A DNA stretch of 64,000 nt from Ministeria vibrans ATCC 50519 (lineage: Eukaryota; Protista; Filasterea): assembly GCA_943704425.1 (NCBI GenBank), contig CALSCP010001735.1, forward strand, positions 62,001 to 126,000. The letters are read 5' to 3'. The notes beneath the pieces are model-generated. The model saw only the letters and a list, made by a program, of their open reading frames with translations. It did not search any database and had not been told where the DNA came from. The position numbers and the translations under genes were made by a program. Position 1 is the first letter of the stretch; each line of letters starts with the position of its first letter. Below are positions 33,370-47,390 of the stretch, piece by piece.

Positions 33370-33505
33370 ACCAGTGCGACCCTAAAGTTTTTTTTTGTAT
33401 CTTGATACAGTTGTTCAGACACCCTCTTTTTTTGTCTTTTAGAGCCTGTCCGTCGAGTCGAAAAAGAATTGAAAATTATGTTTTTTTTTTTTGTATTTAC
33501 GCATC

Positions 33506-33850
33506 TCACTTGTTCACTTTCCTCTACAAATAAGAAGAATAACGAGTCAATTAACCAATTTAATATCAACACAACCAAAAAAATTGAACAAGTGTGCAGT
33601 ACAACCACGACACGTTTAGCAACTCATTTCTTGTTTGCTGTACCTGGAGATTGGACACCATGTCGATATAGGAGACGGCCGTGTCAGAGCGGTCATCCTG
33701 CAACATCTGCAAGAAGTGCATTCGCATGCGCTGGTTGTCTTCACGGATCACATACAAAATCGGATAAAGACTGGACCGCGCGCGAATCGCTTCAATGCAC
33801 GCACGCACTCGAACATTTACTGGGCTCTGATCCAATGTCGGAAGAGCATC
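33506..33850 (-). CDS. SEC24: SEC24 last two exons, displaced from 42024-45875
   Basis: DALPTLDQSPVNVRVRACIEAIR...MLQDDRSDTAVSYIDMVSNLQ|RKVNK* matches the SEC24 C-terminus. Confidence 0.85.
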
Positions 33851-33853
33851 CTA

Positions 33854-33901
<48 letters not shown>

Positions 33902-34431
33902 GGGTTCTTGGACGAACTGTGCTTTGTTCGCAGTCATGGCGGAAGTATTGCATGCTTGAGAGGATGCGTTGGCGGTGGGGGTTGACCCGGCGCGTTGCTT
34001 TTATGGCAGAGTCAGAGAAGAAGACAGAGAGAGAGAAAAAAAAAAAGAAGAAAAAAAAAACGAGCCATCAACAATTGCAAAATTGAGACTCCCTGCTTGA
34101 CTTGTGGGGACGCAAGTGATGCACGGCACGCCGCTGGTGTGTGAGTGTCCCGCTTGTACTTTGTGATGACGGTGTCGCCCGATACGGTTGCGATGTCGGA
34201 CGGGATTTTCCGAGTTTCATCCCAGGTCGCTCGCGTTGAGCCCATTCGTATCGGAGAATCGGGTGTGCTTTTCCCGGGAATGTGTGTGGTGTAGGACATT
34301 AATTGCATGTGGTGACAGAGGAACGGTGGGGCCTCTCTGTATTTATGAGTCTGACTGGGTCGCATTACTTACTTGTCAAGTTTCCTACTGCATCTCATGA
34401 AATAAATAATATCATACAATATTCTCTTTAG

Positions 34432-34975
34432 TCGTTTCTTGGCCTGGGCAACACCGCCACGATTGACGTGGATTTGGACAATGCGGACCAGCACAAGATG
34501 GTGGACATTCGAAACCCTTTGTTGGGACGCAAAGAGAAACTTCCTTTGTACTTGGACGGTGACACAGTGAGCGGCACGGTACGAAAGAAAGAGTATCGCG
34601 TGGAGGACGAGCGAGTTTACGTCATACACACTCACACACCCATACTGCCCCTCCTGTTGATTTTTTCAGGTTGATCTGCGGTTGCGGAATCCCGGAAAGC
34701 CTCTGGAGCACCAAGGCATCACAGTCGAGTTTATCGGTCACATTGAGGTACACCAAATGCCCTCCTTCTTCAACAGTAACCGATACAATTTCTTTATTTG
34801 TATGGCGCGTTGCATTTTAGTTGTTTTACGATCGAGGGAACCACAGCGAGTTTACGTCGCTGATCAAGGAACTTGCGCCTCCGGGCGCACTCATGCGCAA
34901 CCAGTCATTTCCCTTCAAGTTTGAGAATGTCGAGAAGCCGCACGAGTCATACAACGGAATCAACGTCCGTCTGCG
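34432..34975 (+). CDS. VPS26: Retromer subunit VPS26, 5' part only; stops at a (CA)n tract; start codon not located
   Basis: LYLDGDTVSG, LEHQGITVEFIGHIE|LFYDRGNHSEF, FKFENVEKPHESYNGINVRLR. Confidence 0.93.
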
Positions 34976-34979
34976 GTAC

Positions 34980-34980
<1 letters not shown>

Positions 34981-35058
<78 letters not shown>

Positions 35059-35064
35059 ACACAC

Positions 35065-35095
<31 letters not shown>
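34981..35095. repeat. (CA)n/(TA)n microsatellite at the VPS26/MON2 junction
   Basis: Seen directly. Confidence 0.97.
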
Positions 35096-35099
<4 letters not shown>

Positions 35100-35248
35100 A
35101 TTATAATATTAATATAATTATAATCATTATAATTATTTTATTATTATAGTTATTATTTTATTATTATCATAATAATATTATTATAATTATTATTATAATT
35201 ATCTTGATTCTCTATTAATTATTTTTCTTATCTCTTTTCTACCTCTAG

Positions 35249-38200
35249 GTCAAAACACTTCAAATTCTCATGTCCATGTTGACCGTCTCGAAAGACCTTC
35301 TCGTCGACACTCAACTTGCCAGTGCCTTTGTTCTCTCGTTTCACCTCTATTTCAGCAAAGACTCACTCGTGCAAAACACCGCCGCCGCCACCATTCGTCA
35401 GATGGTCAGCGAAGTTTTTGAGCGTGTTGTCGACGAGGATACCTTCACCAACGGCAGCAGCTCAAGCACCGCCACGCAACTTAGTCGACAAAACAGTACT
35501 ACCGCCAATGACGAAGATGCGACCGACGCTGCGTTCACTCCGCGCCTGCGTCATCGCAAGGCACCCTCGTCACTGCTCCCTTCCGCCAGCAACGCCTACC
35601 TCCTCTTTCAGGACCTTTGTCATCTTACCAACGCGGATCCTCCCTCATACTTGGTCGGCCTCAACGAAATGTCGCGTCTTTTTGGCCTCGAGCTCATCGA
35701 GTCGGTTCTCTCCGAGTTTCCCAACATGTTTTTGCAGCACCCCGAGTTTTCATTTCTTCTCAAGGAGCGCGTGTGTCCCCTCGTCATCCGTCTCTTTTCG
35801 CCCGGCACTCACGGCCCAACTACCTCATCCGCTACTTCAGCTGGCGCCGCTTCTTCTTCGACCGCTGGCGGTTCAGGTGCCGCAGGGACTACCTCGTCAG
35901 TGGCAACACCGGCATCGGCAATGGCAGGAGGTGGAGTTTTGGGCATCGTGTCTGCTTCCTCCTCCTCCTCCTTCTCCTCAACCTCGCGCAACACCAGTGG
36001 TTTGGGGACTGGCGAGTCGGGTGGCGCGTTGACCGGCAGTTCGTCGGCGTTGAATGCCGCCGAAGAGCGCTCGGCCTTTGGTGTTGCCGTGCGTCTTCTT
36101 CGCATTGTGTCCATTCTCGTGCAACGTTTCTACTCGCTGCTCGTGACCGAGTCTGAGATTTTTCTCTCGATGCTTGTGCGATTCCTCGAGGGCGATCGTG
36201 TCATGTGGCGTCGCACACTTGCTGCCGAAGTCATCCAGCGTCTCTTTGCCCAACCCGAGCTACTGCGGTCCGTCTGCATGTACTACGACATGCGCGAGCA
36301 CTCGGCGAAGATCTTCCAAGGCATGGTTAACGCCCTCAGCGACTTTATGCAGTCTCTCCAGCGACGCGCCGCTACCGCTTCGACTTCGTCTGGCTCCGCA
36401 AGTGGCGGTGGCAGCGCTGGTACCGGTATCAACAACAACAACAGTGGTGGTGGTGGTGGTGGTGGTAGTAGTAGTGGCGGCGGCGGCAATGGTGGTAGTG
36501 GTAGTGGCATTGGCATTGGCAATAGTGGTCCTAGTGGGACAGGTGTTGGCGGGTCAAATCTAACTGGCGGCTCGTCGTCGGGTGGTGCCGCTTTGGGTGC
36601 TTCATCGTCGCTTGTGGGCAGCGGAGGCAACCTGGGCGGTATGCTTCCGGGACCCCTTATTGTCAACAACAAACGACACATGCTCATTGAGATGCTCGAC
36701 AAGCACGACTCGCCCTTTATCAGCGATCACTATGGCTTTTCCGTGGCCTTTGCTTGTCTTCTTGAGCTGGTCAACACCGTCTCGTCACTTGTTATGTACC
36801 GCCCGAGCGACCCGTCTTCAGTACCCGGCACGCCTGCTTCTGGTTCGACCGCCGCCCTGCCCTCGACCCAGTCTACTGCTTCTCCTTCTGCTTCTACTAC
36901 AACGGTTGCCTTCTCCTTGTCGTCGTCCACATTGCTGCCCATGCATCCAGTTGTGCGTGACGTGAAGCGACACACCGATGAAATTGCCGAAAACGAGGAC
37001 TTGAGTATCTGGCGCGAAATGGTTGCTTCTCTGTGGCATGGAGTGCTTGCCGCCTTTGCACCGCTGCTTGACAGTGGCAAACTTGATGAAAGTGGTCTCC
37101 AGGCGGTCCTCAAATCCTTTCAGACTCTTACCAACTTGTGTGGTGTACTCAATTTGGGTACGCAACGCGATGCGTTTGTGACGGTGCTCTGCCAACGCTC
37201 GCTCCCCCCTCGCTACGACCCCAGTGCCCGCATGACCACGGCCAATGTTCAGTGTGTGCGTGCGCTGCTCAACGTGGCACACTGCCTTGGAGCGGTGCTC
37301 GGACCGAGCGCCTGGTATTTGGTGCTGGAGACCCTGATGGAGGTCGATGCCGTGTTGGGTCTGAACACGGCTGGGGCTAGTGCAGCCATGTCTCTTAGCA
37401 TGGGCGCAAGTATCAGTTCGTCGGGAGTCACGCAGGTTGCGGCGGCACCGGTTGTTTCTGCATCGGTCAAGAGCAGTCTGCCGCAGCACGAGTTGTCGCT
37501 GTTGTCGTCGACTTTGGCGCGTCTGTTCGAGTCGAGCGAGTACCTTTCCGACGCGGCCCTCAACCACATGCTCAATGCACTGTGTCGTCTGAGCCAACCG
37601 TCGTCTTCGACGTCAGGTGCGGCGGACAAGAAGAAACTTTCCAGCGGTGAGATGGTCTTTGCGCTGACTCGCATTGCTGAGATTGGTGTTGTGAACGCTA
37701 CGCGTGTTGGGTGCTTCTGGACGCCGGTGCGCGATCACCTTTTGTCAATATGCAGTGACACTGCGGCCATGCCGGTGGTACGAGAGTGTGCCGTGGATGC
37801 ACTTGCGGCCATTGGCCAGGCGGCACTGACTGCTTCTGTGTCGCTCGCGACCAATTCGTCGTTGCAATTGATGTGTCTAGAGCCGCTTCAGGCGCTGTGC
37901 ACTGCGTCGCAGCAGGTAGACGTGCGTGCACGTCAAATGGAGGCGTTGGTGGCGATTCTACGGACGCACGGGGACGCAGTGCACGCACACGCGTGGCCCA
38001 TTCTCTGCGAGATTGCGTCTAGTGCGGTGCAAACGGAGCGAGAGGCGGGCAACAGCGACAACGACGACACCACCATTAGCATGGTGAGCACCACATGGGG
38101 TGCGCGTGTGGTGCGACCGGCGTTTGTTGCGTGCGAGCTTGTCGTCAAGGACTACTTGCAGGTAGTGCCGTTGGTGCAGGTTCAGTCTGTCGTGGCACTG

Positions 38201-38544
38201 TGCGGACGCTTCTTGCGACAGCGCTACGACATGAACATTTCACTGACGGCCAGTGAATTGCTGTGGAATGTGAGTGACTATGTGGCGACGCGCAAGGACG
38301 CGGCGCCCATGGCCGACATGTGGATGAGTCTATTCGAGGAGCTCAGTAATGGGTGTGTGCACGAGCGACCCGAGGTGCGCAAGAGCGCCAACCAGACGCT
38401 AATGGCGACTGTCACGTCACACGCCAGCGCCGTAAGACAGAGAAAGAGAGAGGATGGAGGGAGGAAGAACAAATAGAGAGAGGGAGAAAAAACAAATTGG
38501 GAGAGGAAGAAAGGTCAAAGTGATGGAGAGAAAAAAAGAACGAT

Positions 38545-38634
<90 letters not shown>

Positions 38635-40945
38635 GAGAGAGAGAGGTAGAGAGGGAGGGAGACAGTCCATTATTGTGTTTTTTCTTTTCTTTTGGTTGAT
38701 AATTGTGTGTGTGTGCGTGTGCGTACGTGTGTAGTTGACGGAGGAGACGCTGGACGAATGTGTGTGGCGCATCTTCTTTCCGCTGCTGGAACGTGTGCGA
38801 CAGGCTTCGCTGGCAGCTGACAACACTGACGCGAAGGCATCCGGCAAGAGCCACAACGGTGAGAAAATAACACAATAATACGTCTTATGATTTTATTAAT
38901 TATAATTATTTTATTGTGGGTTTTTATTTCTTTACTCAGTGGGAAATCGAGCGAACATTATTGTACACCACACTCGTGACACCGAGAGCAAACAGTGGGA
39001 TGAAATGAGGGTGCTTAGTCTGCAAGGGATTGCGCAGGTAGCTTCTTGTGCAAAATTCGGTGGAGTGATCTGAGTGACTCATACACGTTCTGCGTGAAAT
39101 AGATATTCTATGGGTTGCAGGGGCGCCTGTCCGCAAGCAAACGCTTTAACGAGGCGTGGCGAACTCTTCTCGATGTCATTCAGGTCAGAGAGGAATTGTA
39201 TTTTAAGGGGGGCGAGTTTTTTTTTTTTTTTTACAAACTGCGAGTGTTTTTTTTTTGTCTTTCTTTTTTTAACAGAGCTTGGCATTAAGCGACAGCCAAG
39301 AAGTGGCCCTTGCGGCGGTGAACGTTTTGCGTGATCTGGTGCGCACCGAGCCGAACACTGCAGCAACAACTGGGTCGTCGTCCGTTGCTGCGACCAAATG
39401 GCGTGATACGCTGCAGGCGTGGGCTGCTGTCAATGCGGCAGCCTCCATTTCACGCACGAGTCCACCATTTTTGCCGCAACCTTTTTTTCATGCGCTTGCC
39501 ATGACCTTGATACCTGTGAAAAGGGCGCTGGGAGTCGAGTTTAGTGCGTCTGACGTGCACGCGTGCGCGTCGCTGCTCGTGCAGCTCATGGCGTATCCGT
39601 CGTCCGAGGCCTTTGTTGACCAGGACCATCCGTCCAAGCTGCAGCAGCTCATTCTCGATGCGCTTGTGGAGCTGCCGAGTGGCGTGGGCAAGGCAGACGG
39701 TACACATGGCAAGGCGGTACATAGTGTGATCGTGGCGCTTTTGGAGTGCGCGGCTGTGTTGGAGCACAAACAAGTGGAACAGCAGTCGGAGCAGCACGCA
39801 CGCTTTCCTCTGCGCTATGCACCCATGGCGAGTGAGGCGGTCGAGCGTGCAACGGAATTGTTGGTGACACTTGTCAAAGGAGGGGGCGATGCGGCAGTGC
39901 GGGAGTGTGTGCGACTGGGCACGGCGATGGTGGTGTTGCGTGCACTGTCGCGTGGGTTGCGCCAGGTGCGTGTGACTGTGCCTGCTAGCCATGCCGAAAA
40001 GTGTGGCTTGCTCATGATGGAGCGTCTCTTTGAGTCTGGGGTGATCTTGCAAGTGGTCAAGGCATCGGCGGCGCGCGTGGACGCATACGGCAAGGGCAAC
40101 AGTGACGGGGCGGAGAAGACGACGGCGAGGGTCGCCGAGGCGGATGAGGACGCGGGCGACGTGGCCACGGTGATGCGTCATGTGTTTTCGGCGGTCTACG
40201 ACGACATTGAAGAGTTTTTGTATGAGGTGTCGGCGACGCAGGATGCTGGGGAGGCGAAGAAGAAGAGGGGGGAAGATGAGGCAGTGGAAGGGGTGGTGCG
40301 TGCGCTTGAGATCCGTCTGGCCGACTGCATTGTGTCGGGCATTGTGCCAGCGGTGCAGGCAATTTGCGATGAAGATGCAGGCGAGACGGAGCGCATTGTG
40401 CAGCAGTTGATGTCGCTGCTTGACCGGGGTGCAGCGGCTATTAGTGCAGGAGAGCAAGCGGGAGTGATGGTGCGTCAGGACTTTGCCAAGGCGTGTTTTG
40501 AGGCCCTGCTTCGGTTCTCGGTGAGAGAGGAGGAGCGGCAGAGCGGCGGCGAAGGAGGAGCAAGAGGAGAAGGGAACAACGTGTCGTCGACGGATGCGTT
40601 GATGGAGCGGTGTCGGGTTGTGATTGGGGCGTTTCTTGCGGACGCGAGTGAGAGTGGAGCCGGTCCGACGACGCGCCCCACTGTGGAGGTGGTGCTTGTG
40701 CTCAAGGCTATGAGCGGTCTTGTAGGGTCTCTTGTACTTGCATCCAAAGGTAAGACTGCGAAAAGGTGTGAGTGAGAGTAAGATTTTAATTTTTGTTTGT
40801 TGTAGATTCGGATGCGGATCGCAAACGAAACCGACGGATTGTGCTGCAAATGTATCCTCAGCTGGTGGACTGCGTGACGTGCCGTGACGAGGGTGTGCGT
40901 GCGATGGTGCAGGCGATTCTTCGCGGTATCGGAGAGCTGTTGTAA
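35249..40945 (+). CDS. MON2: MON2 main body (HUS/HDS and C-terminal domains)
   Basis: VQNTAAATIRQMVSEVFERV; FGLELIESVL; DMNISLTASELLWNVSD; RPEVRKSANQTL; ends MYPQLVDCVTC...GELL*. Confidence 0.93.
38549..38630. repeat. (GA)n intronic microsatellite
   Basis: Seen directly. Confidence 0.97.
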
Positions 40946-41194
40946 TATTTTTATCATTTTCCTTTGTGAAGAACGCTCAAGTCTTTCTTTTTACACGAAT
41001 ATTACGATCGGCTCAATGATGATTGATGAATGATCAGAATCATCAGTATTGTTAATTTACTTTCGCTATAATAATTACGATTATTATTATTCTCATTCAC
41101 GAACTAATAATTGAATAAAATTATTTTTATGATTATTGATAACTATTTCCGATTTCAGATTAATTATTAATTTTATTTTCGCTGCTTTTTTGAT

Positions 41195-41755
41195 ATGCCT
41201 AAAGTTCGTGTTCCGAAAAAGGCAGCTGCAGTCAAGGCTATTATATCACCGACGGATCCACGGATCAAGGTGAAGGAGCAGCGCGCCAAGCAGAAGGCGG
41301 CTGCACGTGCCCCGACGGCAAAGAATCTGCCGGCTGTTTCGTCGTCGCTGTTCTTCACGTACAACGAAGCGCTTGGGCCGCCCTACCACGTGCTGGTGGA
41401 CACCAACTTTATCAACTTTGCCATTCAGAACAAGCTGGACCTGCACAAGGTGAGAGGACGACGCGTCGAGAGAGAACTTGCGAAATCACATTCGGTGTGT
41501 TGTGTCGCGCAGGGTGCCATGGACTGCCTCGTGGCCAAGTGCTCGATCTACATCACAGACTGTGTCATGGGCGAGCTGGAAAAGGTGAGGAAGCGTGGGG
41601 TTGAGCCGTCAACGTGACGCACGCATTCCCTTGTGTAGCTGGGGCCCAAGTATCGCGTTGCGCTGCGTATGGCGAAGGATCCGCGGATTGTGCGCTTAAA
41701 GTGCACTCACAAGGGCACCTATGCCGACGACTGTCTGGTTGACCGAATTACGCAG
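41195..41755 (+). CDS. FCF1: rRNA-processing PIN nuclease FCF1/UTP24; 3' exons missing at a (GT)n/N gap
   Basis: [24 protein letters not shown]; [11 protein letters not shown]; [13 protein letters not shown]. Confidence 0.95.
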
Positions 41756-41842
41756 GTATCGCAGAGAGTTTGAGAGAGAGAGAGAGAGAGTTTGAGAGAG
41801 AGAAAGGAGGGAGGGAGAAAGAAACAAAGTGATAGAGAGTCT

Positions 41843-41982
<140 letters not shown>

Positions 41983-42023
41983 CGTATTAATATTCATCCG
42001 TTTGTCTCCCTCTGCACACATAC

Positions 42024-45000
42024 CGCAATTCCTTCAACACTCTGCACGTTGGCAGCACCAAACAGCTGTTGTACGAGGTCATCGGACGCTTGCAATCCCA
42101 GCTAAGCACACAATGCGTCATCAGTCACGACACAACAATACACACACACACTCTCTCTCTTCCTTCTCACGTACCCACACAAACATGTCAATTCCATTAA
42201 AGGCAAAGTAAACTCCATGGCGTGCAATGTTCTCCGAGCACAGGTGCAGACGAGGTGGCATAATCACTTCGCCCTTTTCGTCAAGATGCCCCGCCTGAAA
42301 CAACAAACAACAACCAAAAAAAAAAAAAAGTTCAGTACACTACTTCTTCTTCTTCTCTTTTCCCCCCCGGTCCGTACCAACTGTTTCATGTCGTGGACGC
42401 CGTAAAGCAGCGGGTAGATGCGCGCCATGAGCTGGTTGAGAGGAAGCGTGCGTACGGCGTTGATGGCAAAAGAGCGCGCGTCGAGGGACGTGTTGAGTCC
42501 GACACGGAAGGCAATATTCTTGAGCATAGCCGACGTGTAGAGCGGCAGACAGCGCAAAGAGAAAGGCGCCGGTAGCGTGCCCGGCTGATTCTTCGCAAAG
42601 TTCATGCGGTAGGCACTGAGCACGTCAACACAGAGGTTCTCCATGGCATCGCGCGCGTCGCCCAGCTTGGCCGTCAGCATGCGTTCGGCCGCCATCTTCG
42701 CCACAAGGCCACAGACGGCCTCACAGTCACTCAATGTGAACATATCGTGCAGATTGGTTGTGGTAGGTACGGCAAGGGTGTGCACACGAATGCGTCGTTC
42801 GCCGCTACTCGACGTAAACAGCAGAGCCGACTGGAAGCACACCATGGGAATCTTGTCAAGCGACTCTTCAATGTTGAGTTGCACCGCGTAGGCCAGGTCC
42901 GGCGAAATGACTGGCAGTGACAAGAGATCGGTGGAGCGCAGGAAAAAATGCCCGTGGTACTCGCTGATGCCGACACCCTTGGTGCAGCGGATGCGCATGA
43001 CTGCCTCGAAGCCGATGGGACGCGTGAGGTAACGTTGAAACTCGATGAGAAAGCGATCGGACATGGCCGGGAACTTGGACGCATTAAAGCCGACATAGCG
43101 GTTCACGTTGCCACCCGTGTACTTGGCAATGCCACCCAGGGTCGCCAGGTCAAGGTATTGGTCGCTGAAGACAAAAAGATCCACGGCAATTTGCACGCGC
43201 GAACACTCGGCGGCGAGTTGCTTGTAGAAATCGTTAGCTGGCTGCTGCGCCTTGATCTCCTTGTCGGTACCGCGCACGTCAGGATTCTCGCGCACATCCA
43301 CGGCACCAGGACCAATGGTGGCGCGCGCCTGCTGCAACACCGTCACGCGACCACCCGTGCTTTTGAGCAGCTCAAAGGCCGCCTGAAGAGCGGGACCCAG
43401 ACACGAACCAGGACGCACCGTGTCGCTGAACATGGCGGGGAGTCGCTGGAGCAGCGACTCAATCATCTCACGGCCCTCGTCCAAGTTCACAAGAAGATCG
43501 TCGGGCGACGGCAAGAAGATGTCTTCGATGTCGGAGACGACGAGCATTTGCGGTTGCGACTGATGCGACTTGAGTTGGTAAAAGTGCAACACATCGTCGA
43601 AGGTGATAAAGCCGATTTTGGTACGTGAGTCGCCGGATAGGTTGGACAGGTTGTCGAGCAGCGAGCGACACGTAACTTCGAGGATGCCCGAGGCAACGGC
43701 CGTCTGACTGACGTCGACCAGAAAGAGGTAGATGGCGGGCTGCGGGGCACGCACCATGTACTCTGAGGGCGCCACATACTCAACGGTGCCGCGAGCGAGC
43801 TCGGGACGTGTCTCGCGGTCAATGACCTGGCGCGTCTCCATGTTGGTGTCGTAGTCGGCGGGCAGGTCATTGGTCATGAAGCATAGATTGCACAGCCAAC
43901 GACGACCCTGGTCGAGAAAAGTCACAAAAGGATTGATGTAGCAGCGACAGGCACGACAGCGAGTGATGTGGGTGGCGGACACGAGGGGCAGTTCGTCGGG
44001 ACTCATCTCGGCAAAGGGGTGGAGATGCAGGCCAAGGGGAAGTTTGCTCTTGCCCAACAGATGATGCGACTTTGGAATGCAATTCATCGTCATTCGCAGG
44101 TACTTGGGCGAGCAATTCTTCGCGGCAAGGTGCGCCGGCAAGGGAGGGCCGCACACGGGCTCGTCAATAGGCGCGAGAACATTGCGTACGGCCATAAGGT
44201 TGAGCTGCTGCTGTTGCCTCTGGTAAAAGGGCGACGAAGTCAGTGCGTTGCCGGGCGGACCCGTGGCGGAGGGGGCGCCAAACGTGGCGGATGGCTGTGG
44301 CGAAGACGCAGTCGGCGCCTGTGAGTGCTGCTGTAATTGTTGTGATGGTTGTAACTGTTGAGGGTGGGGATGGTGAGAGGAAGGCGGGGGATGTTGAGTC
44401 TGGCCCATTTGCGGTGGGCACGGTTGCGAAGGAGCGCCGCGTGGTTGAGGCGGCGTACTGCCTGGTAGGGCGGCGACGGCGTTGCGGTCGCCAGGCACAA
44501 AAAACTGTGGTTGGTGAGAAGCGGCAGCGACGGGCGCGGCAGAAGAGGCTGCGCCGGACGAAGCAGGCGCAGCAATGGGCGGGGTGGTCGAGGAATACTG
44601 AGGAGTGGGGTACATGCGACGGTTGCTATTCCGTCGACCTTCGGCACCGGGAGGAAGGGCATGGAAAGAGGCGGAGGGGGCGGGTGGAGGACCATTGCCA
44701 ACGGGTGTGTGTTGGCCCGACGACGGGTTGGATGGGAGCGCCGAACCGGGCTGCGTCGATGGATTCGTATTGAGACCACTCTGCCACGACGACGTCGTCG
44801 AATGTGGGTTCGTCGGGATGCCAGGGTTCGACTGGCTGCGTACCATTGAAGGTGGTGCACCACCTGCCATATGCGGCTGTGGTGCATGAAGGGTCGGCGG
44901 GTTGCCTGCTGCCATGGACGGTGAAGAGGCATTGCGTGGTGAAATGGGTTGGGATGAGTGAACCTGCGGGGCAGGTCGCATCTCGCTCGACAGCGAGTGT

Positions 45001-45875
45001 TGCATGCCGCCGGGCGGGGGTGGGCCAGCCGAAGCAGCGGCAGCAGCAGGAGGAGGAGTGTACGTTTGCACGGGTGGGCGAAACTGCTGCGAAGGCTGCG
45101 ACAGCGGTGGTGGCGCTCCTCGACTGGCGGAGGAGAAGGCGTTGGGAGGAGCACTCTGAGGCGCAAAGTTACCGCCACCGGAGGAAGGGGCGGCAGTTCC
45201 CCACGACGGTGGCGCGCCACCAGTGCTGACAGATAGCGGCGGTCTTGCGGGGTGCCCTTGGGGCGCTGGAGGTCCTGGAAGAGTGCGTTGTGTGTCAAAG
45301 AATGATCTTTTTTTTTTTTTTNNNNNNNNNNNNNNNNNNNNNNNNNNNNNNNNNNNNNNNNNNNNNNNNNNNNNNNNNNNNNNNNNNNNNNNNNNNNNNN
45401 NNNNNNNNNNNNNNNNNNNNNNNNNNNNNNNNNNNNNNNNNNNNNNNNNGGAAAAAAAAAAAAAAAAAAGCTCTTTCGTGAGCATCAGAGACGATAGATA
45501 ACGCCATGCGCGTGCACAAACCCATTGATTGAAACAGGGCAAGGCGTAGATGGGGCGCTGGGAGGGTAGCGCGTCCCGAGAGAGCGACGACAAGGATGAG
45601 AGAGAATAGCACATTTTTCAACGTTTTGGGGTTTGGACAAATGCCAAATACAAATAGAGCGCAACCCGGTGTCAAGAGGAGACGCACACTCAGTATGGGC
45701 GATGGGCGGGGGCGTTGAAGCGGGCAGAGAGGGCAAAGAGAGCGATGGACCGATCCAAAACAAAAAATTGCACTCGGCGGAAGCTGAGCGACGACTTACT
45801 CGTTGACGGTGGCCCCGGCGGCCCTTGGGGGCCGGGAGGATACTGCGAGCCGGGACCCCTCGGTGGCAAAGACAT
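42024..45875 (-). CDS. SEC24: COPII coat cargo adaptor SEC24 (A/B type); contains an N gap at 45322-45449
   Basis: Pro-rich N-terminus; RCRACRCYINPF zinc finger; YLFLVDVS trunk; GFEAVMRIR; GERRIRVHT. Confidence 0.96.
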
Positions 45876-46029
45876 GAATAATTTGATATTAATATTGATC
45901 AGACTTGATCTTTTGTTTAATGTGTATTGGGTTACTTGACCGTAGTCGCCAAATGACATTTTATTATTATCAATCGGTATGTTTTGTGTCCATGCCCCCT
46001 TGATTCTCGCTCATCTTAGACTGCTGTGT

Positions 46030-47006
46030 AGACCGCTACGCCTTGCAGTTGACAAAGAAAGAATACACGCTTATGCCTCATTTGAATGGCTCCGGTCGAG
46101 CAGCTGCGGCGCTTTCCCGCGCCGTAGGACGCATTGCGGGTGTCGGGGGAGTTGTACAATTGGTCCATCTGACGCAAAGTGTCCCCGAGCAGCTTGCTTC
46201 CTCCGATGTGCTTGTGCGGTATTTCAAACGGGCCGTCGCTTGATTTGAACCGTACCACTCCTTAGGCGGCTGTGCTGCACGAGCTGCAGTCTCTCGCTCG
46301 TGACAAGTCTGTGCAGGCGCTCTCAGCATACACCATGCCCTCGATGGGCACCTTCCTCTGCCTGCTCAACGTCCACAGCACCAATGTGCGCGTCGCCCGT
46401 CCGCTCGTTGCCATCCTCAACCAAACCATTGACACATCAAATGGTACCATTGAATTTGCACACAAAAAGTCATGGACCCGTAGACGCCCCTGAAGTATAA
46501 CACTTTGTTATCATCCTCTGAGTCTGAGCGGCCGAACTGTGTTTAATGACTTTCCCTTATGTCACCATCTCACATTCGTTTTGTTGTAGCTCCATACATT
46601 GCGGAAGTTGGCCCACAGCTGCTTCCCACCCTCTTGACCATCCTCAACTTCTACCATCCCAACCTCAATGGCCGCGTGATTGTCGTCATGACAACGACCA
46701 TTTTGCAGCTCATCCTCAAACTTGTGAGCCATCGCGAAAACATTGCCCTCTTTGTGCGTCTCAATGGCCAGCATGTCATGTACAAACTTCTTGCAAAGTG
46801 TCGCGACTTGTATGCCCTCCTGCGCTCCCTCATTGAACGTGTGCTCACGTCCACTACTCGCTTTGCATCGCACTTGTAAATATAAGGAGTAGTTGTGTAA
46901 CAAACTTGTAATGTAATCAATATTATCCAGCGCGCGATCGCAACGAAAAAATCATCTATCGCCAGGAGCCGGGGCCGTCCTGGGATGGCTTTGGCAAATT
47001 TGTTGA
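46030..47006 (+). CDS. Uncharacterised helical (ARM-like) protein, multi-exon; ends uncertain
   Basis: Consecutive GT-AG bounded amphipathic-helix exons, e.g. ENIALFVRLNGQHVMYKLL. Confidence 0.45.
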
Positions 47007-47185
47007 GCGCGAAATTATTGAAATAATCGTATTTTTTTCTTTTTTTTTTACTGTCGAACTGCTCCCTCTAACGTTTCGACTATACACACCACAATAAAAT
47101 TGTCGCTTTTGTATTGAGTTGAGGGAAATAAAAACAGGGGGTAGGGAGGGAGGGAGGGAGGGGTTGAGCAGCAGCAAGAGACAAG

Positions 47186-47252
47186 TCCATTCATCCGCCG
47201 TCGCACAGTCACTCGCGTGTGACTTTCGCGCAACAGTTTCATCCGCAGAAGA
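47186..47252 (-). promoter_or_regulatory. Type II SECIS element in the SELENOK 3' UTR
   Basis: AUGAA core, 10-bp helix CUGUUGCGCG/UGUGCGACGG, unpaired AAA, apical stem GUCAC/GUGAC, GGAU on the 3' side. Confidence 0.9.
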
Positions 47253-47390
47253 TTATACATCGCAATGCACATCTCCGTCTTCAAAACTTGCTCACTGACA
47301 AACTCGGGTCGGAACGTCACTCGAGCGCGCACACGCACAACACACATTCACATTCAGCGTGTGCGCGCTCGTTCATTGAGTGCGTTCCGT

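Noticed and set aside
33900-34400. Possible minus-strand gene fragment upstream of VPS26
   Set aside because: No recognisable homology and it sits at a suspect junction.
42264-45614. 1116-aa ORF as a single exon
   Set aside because: It runs through an N gap and intronic poly(T); the real SEC24 is spliced.
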